Shown here: piece after piece, positions 19,845 through 27,982 of the stretch
Position numbering within the stretch: the first letter of the stretch is position 1
Layout: the number at the start of each line of letters is the position of its first letter
DNA from: Candidatus Hydrogenedentota bacterium
GTDB lineage: Bacteria; Hydrogenedentota; Hydrogenedentia; Hydrogenedentales; SLHB01
Reading direction: 5' to 3'
Assembly: GCA_045863335.1 (NCBI GenBank)
Contig: BTVY01000019.1
Location: 1-64,000 of the forward strand
DNA: 64,000 bases
Position numbers and translations under genes: made by a program
The notes under the pieces: model-generated
Seen by the model: the letters and a program-made list of their open reading frames with translations, nothing else
Database searches by the model: none
What the model was told of the DNA's origin: nothing

Positions 19845-20807
19845 ATGTTGAGCCGAGTGGCCGACTCGATTTACTGGATGAGCCGCTACGTCGAGCGGGC
19901 GGAGAATGTGGCCCGTTTCATCGACGTGAATTTGCACCTTCACTTGGACTTGCCCACGGGCGAACAGTGGGAGCCCATGGTGTACACGACGGGCGACTAT
20001 GCCGTCTTCAGAGAGCGGTTTGGCGAGGCCACACGCGAGAAGGTCATTCACTTCCTGGCGTTCGACCGAGACAACCCCAACTCCATCTGGTCCTGCTTCC
20101 GGTCGGCGCGTGAAAACGCCCGGTCCGTGCGCGAGATCATTCCTTCCGAAATATGGGAGCAGGTCAATACGGCCTATCTGATGGTGGACGATGCCGCCCG
20201 GCGCAACGCGATTATGGAGTCGCCCCACGAGTTCTTCACGCAGGTGAAAATGGCCAGCCACCTGTTTACGGGGCTGACGGTGACCTGCATGCCCCACGGC
20301 GAAGTGTGGCACTTTTGCCGGCTCGGGCGATTGTTGGAACGCGCGGACAAGACGTCCCGAATTCTCGACGTAAAGTATTTCCTGCTCTTACCGTCTGCCG
20401 CGGACGTGGGAACCACCTTTGACTCGATCCAGTGGTCTGCGTTGCTGCGGTCGGCAAGCGCCTTCGAGGCCTATCGGAAACGTCATGGCCGCATCGCGCC
20501 GGAACGGGTCGTTGAGTTCTTGCTGTTCGATCGCGAGTTCCCGCGCGCGGTGTTGTACTGCCTCGACCGCGCGCAGGATTCCCTGCACGCGATCTCAAAC
20601 GTCCCGGAAGGCACCTACTCGAACATCGCCGAGAAGCGATGCGGCCGCTTGCTTTCCGAACTCGCCTATACCGACGTGGCGGACATCATTGCCTCCGGAT
20701 TGCATGAGTTTTGCGACGACTTCCAGGCGAAGCTGAATCGTGTCGGCGAGGCGATTTTCGAAACGTATTTTGCCTTGCATCCCGTCGGCGCGTCTTCGAA
20801 TGAGTGA
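19845..20807 (+). CDS. Alpha-E domain protein (DUF403)
   Basis: MLSRVADSIYWMSRYVERAEN, ARENAR, LERADKT, FPRAV. AAGGAG ribosome-binding site. Confidence 0.93.
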   Translation: MLSRVADSIYWMSRYVERAENVARFIDVNLHLHLDLPTGEQWEPMVYTTGDYAVFRERFGEATREKVIHFLAFDRDNPNSIWSCFRSARENARSVREIIPSEIWEQVNTAYLMVDDAARRNAIMESPHEFFTQVKMASHLFTGLTVTCMPHGEVWHFCRLGRLLERADKTSRILDVKYFLLLPSAADVGTTFDSIQWSALLRSASAFEAYRKRHGRIAPERVVEFLLFDREFPRAVLYCLDRAQDSLHAISNVPEGTYSNIAEKRCGRLLSELAYTDVADIIASGLHEFCDDFQAKLNRVGEAIFETYFALHPVGASSNE

Positions 20808-20821
20808 CGTGGGATAAGCGC

Positions 20822-21667
20822 ATGATCTTCCACGTCGAGCACGCAACGCGCTACGTGTACAGCCAGCCGGTCGTGCTGGAGCCTCACGTGGTCCGGCTGC
20901 GTCCGCGGAGCGATGCGGGCCAGCGATTGATGCAGTATACGTTGGCCGTCGATCCCCTGCCGCGGGGGATGACGCAATGCATCGACCTGGATGGCGACAC
21001 AACCTCGCATATGTGGTTTGGCGGTGAAACGGACTCCCTGACCATTGTGTCAACGTTTTCCGTGGAGACCTTGCGCAACAACCCCTACGATTTCATCGTG
21101 ACCGACCCCGGCGCGATGCGCTTACCCATGCGCATCGACGGCAGCTTCGGTCACGCCCTTGCCCACTACCGCAAACGGCCGCGCGCGAGCCGCGACGTCG
21201 ATCAATTTGTCCGTGACGTAACGTCGAAGGCAGGGGAGGAGACCATTCCGTTTCTCTCCACGCTCAACGCGACAATCTACGAACGGTCGCGCAAAATCAT
21301 CCGTGAGACGGGACCTCCGCATCCACCGGAACAAACCCTTATGGAACGCGCCGGCTCCTGCCGGGATCTTGCGGTTCTTTTCATGGATGCCTGCCGCGCG
21401 GTGGGCATACCAGCGCGATTCGCGAGCGGATATTGGCACGCCGAGTCCGAGCGCGAGAAGCGGCACATGCATGCCTGGGTCGAAGTCTATCTCCCCGGCG
21501 GTGGGTGGCGGGGATTCGATCCGTCCAAAGGACTTGCCGTTGCGGACGAGCATGTTGCCGTTGCCGCGGCTGCGGAACCTGCCGACGCGGCGCCGGTGAG
21601 CGGAACTTTCCGCGGAACCGGCGCGACGGCGACCATGTCTACCGAGTTGAATATCCACTACGATTGA
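20822..21667 (+). CDS. Transglutaminase-family protein
   Basis: HATRYVYS N-terminal domain. Catalytic triad GSCRDLA, HAWVEV, GFDPS. Confidence 0.93.
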   Translation: MIFHVEHATRYVYSQPVVLEPHVVRLRPRSDAGQRLMQYTLAVDPLPRGMTQCIDLDGDTTSHMWFGGETDSLTIVSTFSVETLRNNPYDFIVTDPGAMRLPMRIDGSFGHALAHYRKRPRASRDVDQFVRDVTSKAGEETIPFLSTLNATIYERSRKIIRETGPPHPPEQTLMERAGSCRDLAVLFMDACRAVGIPARFASGYWHAESEREKRHMHAWVEVYLPGGGWRGFDPSKGLAVADEHVAVAAAAEPADAAPVSGTFRGTGATATMSTELNIHYD

Positions 21668-21705
21668 GCGCGTCCGTTTTTTCTTCTTCTTGTCCATCCA
21701 ATTCC

Positions 21706-21714
21706 TGCTATAAT
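21706..21714 (+). promoter_or_regulatory. Extended -10 promoter (TGCTATAAT) for the DUF2892 gene
   Basis: Perfect TGnTATAAT about 75 nt upstream of ATG 21789. Confidence 0.55.
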
Positions 21715-21788
21715 GATTCTTGCCGAAAGAGTCGAGCCATCGTTCAACGGGGTATCGGGAATCCCGGTTTCGGCAGGGGGGCAGTCAC

Positions 21789-22007
21789 ATGACGGTTGAG
21801 CGCGCGCTTCGCGCAATCGCGGGGGCTTTCATTCTGGCGAGTGTGATTCTCGCCGTCCTTCATTCCACGTACTGGTTATACTTCACCGGATTCGTCGGGC
21901 TGAATCTGTTTCAGTCCGGTTTCACCAACTGGTGTCCCATGGTCTGGATTCTGGAAAAGGCCGGGCTGCGCCGGGAGGGAGCGCAGGCTGGTTCGCAGCC
22001 CGCTTAA
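21789..22007 (+). CDS. DUF2892 (YgaP-like) small membrane protein
   Basis: MTVERALRAIAG...FVGLNLFQSGFTNWCP signature. Confidence 0.9.
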   Translation: MTVERALRAIAGAFILASVILAVLHSTYWLYFTGFVGLNLFQSGFTNWCPMVWILEKAGLRREGAQAGSQPA

Positions 22008-22106
22008 CCGAGCGTTTTTGGCCCTCCCTCTCCCACTCCCGGTTAACCGAACCCCCTGGACTGGCCGGGAGTACCCGGAAGCGCAACGCATCCGGGCGGA
22101 GGGTTC

Positions 22107-22178
22107 GCGGGACGGGACCGCACCAGAGAGGAGCTCGCCGGCTGGCGAGGGATCTTGTGCGGTCCCGTTCCGCTGTTT
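22107..22178 (+). terminator. Long GC-rich hairpin, possible terminator
   Basis: 17-bp stem (22107-22123 with 22157-22173) with an inner stem CTCGCCG/TGGCGAG, followed by TGTTT. Confidence 0.45.
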
Positions 22179-22341
22179 ACCGATTCGTACCCCCCGAAGT
22201 CTCGGGCGGAGTATGATGTTTTGAACACCGGCACAACGTGTATGAGTTTTCATACTAGAATTGTCTGGAGCCGAAAACGGGGTTCTGCGGTAAAGAATTG
22301 GAGTCCAGCCAATTACAGATTACCGGAGTATTCTCTCGCTG

Positions 22342-22357
22342 TGGCATCAATTATGCT
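22342..22357 (+). promoter_or_regulatory. Candidate sigma-54 (-24/-12) promoter
   Basis: TGGCATCAATTATGCT has exact GG-N10-GC spacing, about 52 nt upstream of the MMPL start. Confidence 0.5.
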
Positions 22358-22408
22358 CGATCCTACGCGGAACGACATGTGAATTGACGACGTACGTTTG
22401 GAGAAACC

Positions 22409-25279
22409 GTGATGAAACTCGGCGACACGCTGACCCATTACGCGACTGAACATCCGCGATCGGTGACGGGCTTGATCGTTGCGATTGCGATCGTTCTCGC
22501 GACCTTGGCTGCACTTCCCTCTGTTTGGCCTGCGGCGTTTCCTATTCTGCACCCCGTTGACGTGGACACCGATCCCGAGAACATGCTCAGCCATGACGAG
22601 GCGGTGCGCGTCTTTCATGACGATATGAAAGAACTTCTCTCCCTGTACGACATGGTAGTGCTCGGGGTCGTGAATGAGACCCATCCGGATGGCGTGTTCA
22701 ATCCGGAGTCCCTTCAAATCATTTACGAATTAACCGAATATGCAAAGACGCTGCGCGGCGAGACGCTGGGTGTCAATGATCCGGGCGCCGGTGTGGTGGA
22801 TGTGGACCTCATCGCCCCGTCGGTGGTGGACAATATCGAGCAGGCCGGACCGGGCACCGTGCGCTTCGAATGGCTCATGGCGGAACCTCCGAGCACGCCG
22901 GAGGAAGCGCTTGCCATTCGGCACAAGGCGGAGCGCATTCCGTTCTTGAATGGGACCATGATCTCCGAGGATGGCAAGGCCATCTGTCTGTATCTGCCGC
23001 TGACATCCAAGGATCTCAGCTACCGCGTCTACTCGAAGTTGCGCGATCGGGTCGCCGGGTTCGAAGGGGACGACCAGTTCTACATCACCGGCCTTCCAGT
23101 CGCGGAAGATACGTTTGGTGTGGAAATGTTCATTCAGATGGCCATCTCCGCGCCGCTCGCCATGCTCGTTATCTTCCTGCTCATGTTGTTTTTCTTCCGC
23201 AAGCTCGTGCTCGTAATTGCGCCCATGATCGTGGCCATGTTGACTGTGATCTGCACGATGGGCCTGCTCATCGTAACGGGCAATACCATCCATATCATGA
23301 GTTCCATGATCCCCATCTTCCTCATGCCCATTGCGGTGCTCGATTCCATCCATATCCTGTCGGAGTTCTTTGACCGCTACCAGGAAACCCGGGACCGCAA
23401 GAAGACCATCTGGCACGTGATGGATACGTTGCACGGGCCGATGCTTTACACCTCGTTGACCTCCGCCGCAGGGTTCGGTTCGCTGGCGCTTACGCCGATT
23501 CCGCCCGTTCAGGTCTTCGGAGTGTTCGTGGCTATGGGCGTGATGATGGCGTGGCTGTATACGGTCGTGCTTGTGCCCGCTTACGTGATGTTTATCCCTG
23601 ACCGCTCCCTCGAAAATTTTGGTATGAAGCACACCTCCGGCGAGGACGATGCGGCGCCCAAGACTGTGATGAGCCGCTTCCTCGCGTCGGCGGGTGAGCT
23701 GACTTACCGCCGCGCCAAGCTCATATTGGTGATATCGATCATCGCCGTGATCGTGGCGGGCTACGGGATCAGTCAGATCCAGATCAATGACAACCCGACC
23801 AAGTGGTTCCGCCAGTCTCATCCGATTCGCGTGGCGGACAAAGTGTTGAACGAGCACTTCGGCGGCACCTACATGGCCTATCTTGCGCTGTATCCGAGCG
23901 GCGTCGATCCCACTACGCTCGTCGCGAAAGCCCCAGAAGATGTGCCCGACGGGCCGGAAACGGCCGGCGCGCCGGCTGACGCAGCGCCCGGTCTCCCCGC
24001 AGGACTCGGCGATAGCGCCGCAGCGCCGGGTCTTCCGGCGGGCCTCGGCGAAACCGGCGAACCGGGTTTGCCCGCAGGACTGGGCGGCGCGGAGACATCC
24101 GAACCGGCCCCGGCGGCTGCGGAGGAAACGCCAGCAGCGGGCGGCCCTGAGGTGTTCAAAGATCCCGAGGTGCTCCGGTATCTCGAAGGGTTGCAGGAAT
24201 ACTTGTTGACCACCGGCGTCGTGGGGAAATCGAATTCGCTGGCGGATATCGTGAAGACCGTCCACCGCGAACTCATCGACGGCACGGACGCGCAGTTCCG
24301 TATCCCCGATTCGCCCGGCGCTGTGGCGCAATGCCTCATGCAGTATCAAAGCAGCCACCGGCCGCAGGATCTCTGGCATTTCGTGACGCCGGACTACCAA
24401 CTCACCAGCCTTTGGGTGCAGTTGAGGAGCGGCGACAATAAGGACATGGAGCGCGTGGTGGCTTCGGTAGAAACGTACTTTGCCGAGAATCCGCCGCCCG
24501 GCAACCTGGATCATCAGTGGTTTGGGCTGACCTACATCAACGTCATCTGGCAGGACAAGATGGTCAGCGGCATGCTGCAGTCGTTCCTCGGGAGTTTTCT
24601 CGTGGTGCTGCTCATGATGATCGTGCTGTTCCGTTCGGCCCTTTGGGGATTGATCTCGATGATCCCGTTGACGATCACCATCGGCCTCATCTACGGCGTC
24701 ATCGGTCTCATCGGCAAGGACTACGATATGCCTGTTGCGGTGCTTTCGTCGCTCACCCTGGGTTTGGCCGTAGACTTCGCGATCCACTTCCTCTCCCGTG
24801 CGCGGACCATGTACGAGAAGTATGGATCGTGGGACGCGACGCACAGCCACGTGTTCGGCGAGCCGGCGCGGGCGATCGCGCGAAACGTGATCGTTATCGC
24901 GGTAGGGTTCCTGCCGCTACTGGCGGCGCCGCTTGTGCCGTACAACACGGTGGGCGTGTTTCTGGCGGCAATTCTGTTCGTATCAGGTATCGCGACATTG
25001 ATGATACTTCCGTCCCTGCTGCGGTTGCTCGAACCGCTTCTGTTCGTGCGGTCGGCGAAGATCGCGTTTACTTGCAAATGCGGCACCTGCATCGCCGCGT
25101 CTGTGACTATGGTGGCGTTGGTGGCCGTGAACATTCACCAGTTCATGCACGTGGGCTACACGGCCATGACCTGGACGAGCCTGATCGCCATCCTGGCGAT
25201 GGGAGCGGTTTGCTTCGTCCTTTCACGCCGCAAGAGCTGCCGCATTTCAGAGGACACGACCCAACAGAACGTTTCATAA
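22409..25279 (+). CDS. MMPL/RND-family transporter
   Basis: Two TM repeats with periplasmic domains. Motifs IAVLDSIH, TSLTSAAGF, GLAVDFAIH. Confidence 0.92.
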   Translation: MMKLGDTLTHYATEHPRSVTGLIVAIAIVLATLAALPSVWPAAFPILHPVDVDTDPENMLSHDEAVRVFHDDMKELLSLYDMVVLGVVNETHPDGVFNPESLQIIYELTEYAKTLRGETLGVNDPGAGVVDVDLIAPSVVDNIEQAGPGTVRFEWLMAEPPSTPEEALAIRHKAERIPFLNGTMISEDGKAICLYLPLTSKDLSYRVYSKLRDRVAGFEGDDQFYITGLPVAEDTFGVEMFIQMAISAPLAMLVIFLLMLFFFRKLVLVIAPMIVAMLTVICTMGLLIVTGNTIHIMSSMIPIFLMPIAVLDSIHILSEFFDRYQETRDRKKTIWHVMDTLHGPMLYTSLTSAAGFGSLALTPIPPVQVFGVFVAMGVMMAWLYTVVLVPAYVMFIPDRSLENFGMKHTSGEDDAAPKTVMSRFLASAGELTYRRAKLILVISIIAVIVAGYGISQIQINDNPTKWFRQSHPIRVADKVLNEHFGGTYMAYLALYPSGVDPTTLVAKAPEDVPDGPETAGAPADAAPGLPAGLGDSAAAPGLPAGLGETGEPGLPAGLGGAETSEPAPAAAEETPAAGGPEVFKDPEVLRYLEGLQEYLLTTGVVGKSNSLADIVKTVHRELIDGTDAQFRIPDSPGAVAQCLMQYQSSHRPQDLWHFVTPDYQLTSLWVQLRSGDNKDMERVVASVETYFAENPPPGNLDHQWFGLTYINVIWQDKMVSGMLQSFLGSFLVVLLMMIVLFRSALWGLISMIPLTITIGLIYGVIGLIGKDYDMPVAVLSSLTLGLAVDFAIHFLSRARTMYEKYGSWDATHSHVFGEPARAIARNVIVIAVGFLPLLAAPLVPYNTVGVFLAAILFVSGIATLMILPSLLRLLEPLLFVRSAKIAFTCKCGTCIAASVTMVALVAVNIHQFMHVGYTAMTWTSLIAILAMGAVCFVLSRRKSCRISEDTTQQNVS

Positions 25280-25314
25280 GGACTGGACCCTTACGGGTCC
25301 GAGGAGGATAGAAC

Positions 25315-26112
25315 ATGCGTACGTTAACTCGAATTATTCTGGCGTCGGTCTTGCCGGCATTTTTCATCGTGAGCGTGCAGGCGCAAGAAACGCCTTCGGT
25401 GGACGAGATCGTCCAGAAGACGAATCACATGTCGTACTACCAAGGCAAAGACGGCCGCGCCCGCGTGAAGATGACGATCACCGATGGGCAAGGGCGCGCG
25501 CGTGTGAAGGAGTTCACCATTCTGCGCTTGAACCGCGACGAGGTGGACCAGGAACAGGCGTTTTACGTCTATTTCCATGAGCCGGCGGACGAGCGCGGCG
25601 TGGTGTTCATGGTGTGGAAACACGTGGGCAAAGACGATGACCGGTGGTTGTACCTGCCCGCACTGGACGTGACGAAACGGATCGCCGCGTCGGATAAGCG
25701 GACGAGTTTCGTGGGATCGAACTTCTTTTATGAAGACGTCTCCGGGCGCGGCATCGATGCGGACACTCACGAGTTGGTCGAGACGACCGACACCTACTAC
25801 GTGCTCAAGAATACCCCGAAGGACCCGAGCACGGTCGAGTTTGACTCGTTCACCATGTGGATTCACAAAGGCACCTTCATCCCCGTCAAGGTTTCCTACG
25901 AGAAAGGCGGCGAAGTCTATCGGGAAACGACAGCCTTGAAGGTGGACGACGTGCAAGGTTACAAGACCGTTACCAAGTCCAGCATGAAGGACCTGAAAGG
26001 CGGCGGAGAAACGGTGCTGGAATACTCATCCGTAGAGTACGAGGTGGGGCTTACCGATGACATCTTTACGGAACGGTATCTGCGCAGTGTGCCCCGCGAA
26101 CTCTTGAAATGA
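25315..26112 (+). CDS. Outer-membrane lipoprotein-sorting (LolA-like) periplasmic protein
   Basis: Signal peptide and the motif DDDRWLYLPAL..KRIAASDKRTSFVGSNFFYED. GAGGAGG ribosome-binding site. Confidence 0.9.
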   Translation: MRTLTRIILASVLPAFFIVSVQAQETPSVDEIVQKTNHMSYYQGKDGRARVKMTITDGQGRARVKEFTILRLNRDEVDQEQAFYVYFHEPADERGVVFMVWKHVGKDDDRWLYLPALDVTKRIAASDKRTSFVGSNFFYEDVSGRGIDADTHELVETTDTYYVLKNTPKDPSTVEFDSFTMWIHKGTFIPVKVSYEKGGEVYRETTALKVDDVQGYKTVTKSSMKDLKGGGETVLEYSSVEYEVGLTDDIFTERYLRSVPRELLK

Positions 26113-26119
26113 GGTAGCG

Positions 26120-27637
26120 ATGGACCCGGTTTCGACCCCGAAATGCCAATTGTGGCAACCATCAATGGCGTGGGTGGCAAGAGTGCTTGCCGCCCTGGCC
26201 ATTGTCCTCACGGGATCGATCGCCGCTCTGGCGGCGGAGGCTCCCGCGCTGCCGGAAGGGCTCGGAGAATCCCCGCCGAGCGAAGGCCCTGCGCTCCCCG
26301 AAGGGCTCGGCGATGCGCCCGCGCCCTCGGAACCTGCCCTCCCCGAAGGCATGGATTCCGGACCGGAGTTGCCTGCTGGTCTGGGTGATGAGGTGGATAC
26401 CGCGACTACGAAGGACCAAGAATCGCCGGATATGGATTTGGTTGATCGGTTACCGCCCTGGTTCCACGGCTATTGGGAAACGCGCGCCGGCGTCCGTGTG
26501 CAAGACGACCCGGCCCAATCGAAAGACCTCATTCTCGGCGAGACTCGCGTACAATTGGAACTTGAGAAATCGTGGGATCAGGCCATTCTCGAGTTTACCG
26601 GAGATGTGTACGGAGACGCCGTCCTGGAGGAGGGCGAGTTCGACTTACGGCAACTCCGCCTTACGTGGCGGCCGCTTGATTCCATCGACATCCGCCTGGG
26701 ACGCCAAATCCTCACTTGGGGCACGGGCGACTTGCTCTTCATCAACGACATGTTCCCCAAGGATTGGCAATCCTTCTTCATCGGCCGGGATACGGAATAC
26801 CTGAAGGCGCCGTCCGACGCCGTCAAGGTTGGTTGGTACAACAGCTTCCTGAACGTTGAACTCGTATACACGCCCCAGTTTGCGCCGGACCGTTTCATCA
26901 CGGGGGAGCGCATCAGCTATTGGGATCCCTTGTTCAGCCGCTACGCGGGTTCGGACCGCCAAGTGAAGTACAACGCTCCGAGCGACTGGTTTGAAGATGA
27001 CGAGTTCGCGCTGCGGCTCTACCGAAGCATCGGCTCGGTCGAGGTCGCGCTGTATGGGTATTCCGGGTACTGGAAAAGCCCGGGGGGGCAGCATTTCCCG
27101 CCTTTGCAGGCGTCCTTCCCCAAGCTGAACGTCTACGGCGCGAGTGTGCGCGGCAACGTCTTCAAAGGGATTGGCAACGTCGAAGTAGGCTATTACGATT
27201 CGCGCCAAGACCGGAGTGGCAGCAGTCCCTTTATTAACAACAGTGAATTCCGGCTGCTCGTGGGGTACGAGCAGGAACTTGCCAAGGAACTGACCGGCTC
27301 AATTCAGTACTACCTCGAACACATGATGGATTATGAGTCGTATCGCAATGCTGTTTTCACCCGGGTTCTTGGTGAGCCGCGCGACGAAAATCGGCACGTG
27401 TTTACCGTCCGGCTGACGAAACTGCTCATGAATCAAAACCTCAGACTGTCCCTGTTCGCGTACTACAGCCCTTCCGACAGCGACGCCTACCTGCGGCCCC
27501 ACCTGAGCTACAAGGTGAACGACCACTGGACAGTTGAGGCAGGCGGAAACCTGTTCTCCGGAGCTTGGGACCAGACGTTCTTTGGGCAATTCGAGAATAA
27601 CTCGAACGTGTATGCCGGGGTACGGTTCTCATTTTAG
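26120..27637 (+). CDS. Putative outer-membrane beta-barrel (DUF1302-like)
   Basis: Signal peptide, RLGRQILTWGTGD, amphipathic strands, and a C-terminal YAGVRFSF BAM-type signal. Confidence 0.82.
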   Translation: MDPVSTPKCQLWQPSMAWVARVLAALAIVLTGSIAALAAEAPALPEGLGESPPSEGPALPEGLGDAPAPSEPALPEGMDSGPELPAGLGDEVDTATTKDQESPDMDLVDRLPPWFHGYWETRAGVRVQDDPAQSKDLILGETRVQLELEKSWDQAILEFTGDVYGDAVLEEGEFDLRQLRLTWRPLDSIDIRLGRQILTWGTGDLLFINDMFPKDWQSFFIGRDTEYLKAPSDAVKVGWYNSFLNVELVYTPQFAPDRFITGERISYWDPLFSRYAGSDRQVKYNAPSDWFEDDEFALRLYRSIGSVEVALYGYSGYWKSPGGQHFPPLQASFPKLNVYGASVRGNVFKGIGNVEVGYYDSRQDRSGSSPFINNSEFRLLVGYEQELAKELTGSIQYYLEHMMDYESYRNAVFTRVLGEPRDENRHVFTVRLTKLLMNQNLRLSLFAYYSPSDSDAYLRPHLSYKVNDHWTVEAGGNLFSGAWDQTFFGQFENNSNVYAGVRFSF

Positions 27638-27911
27638 CCCAACGGTCAACCGGCTGTCCGATCAACAGATTCTCAGTCATTTTACGGGGTTTTCGGTTTT
27701 GTTTTGGTAATGTTAGTAAATGCAGTGGAATTCCGAACAAGGAACGACATCGACGATGTCATGGATACTTTTCATGGGGCCCGCCGTCAGTGTTTGGCTT
27801 CCAAGATGCGGAGCTAAACTATTTAAATTGAATAGCTTAGTTCGTATTGACCCCTCGCCCTTCCCGGGCAGGTGACGCCTCCATATCCTCTGGATCGATT
27901 GCCGCGCCTCG

Positions 27912-27952
27912 TGTGGATAACCTGTGGAAAAGTCGACCCGAAATGTTGAAAA
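27912..27952. promoter_or_regulatory. DnaA-box cluster in an AT-rich convergent intergenic region (candidate oriC)
   Basis: TGTGGATAA (27912-27920, perfect), TGTGGAAAA (27923-27931, fits TTWTNCACA), TGTTGAAAA (27944-27952, one mismatch). Confidence 0.6.
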
Positions 27953-27982
27953 ACCGGGGCCGTTGGGTTTCTATCGCACCTT

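Noticed and set aside
22021-22178. tRNA, SRP RNA, 6S RNA or a known riboswitch
   Set aside because: I could not identify a T-loop/CCA, an SRP GGAA-loop motif or any riboswitch consensus. It is kept only as an unclassified structured candidate.
23987-24085. LPAGLG repeats as sortase (LPxTG) signals or a CRISPR-like array
   Set aside because: They lack Thr, are not followed by a C-terminal anchor, and the organism appears diderm. The DNA copies differ at synonymous sites and are in-frame coding sequence; no cas genes are present.
27814-27840. AT-rich inverted repeat as a dif or parS site
   Set aside because: It does not match the XerD arm (TTATGTTAAAT) or the parS consensus (TGTTTCACGTGAAACA).
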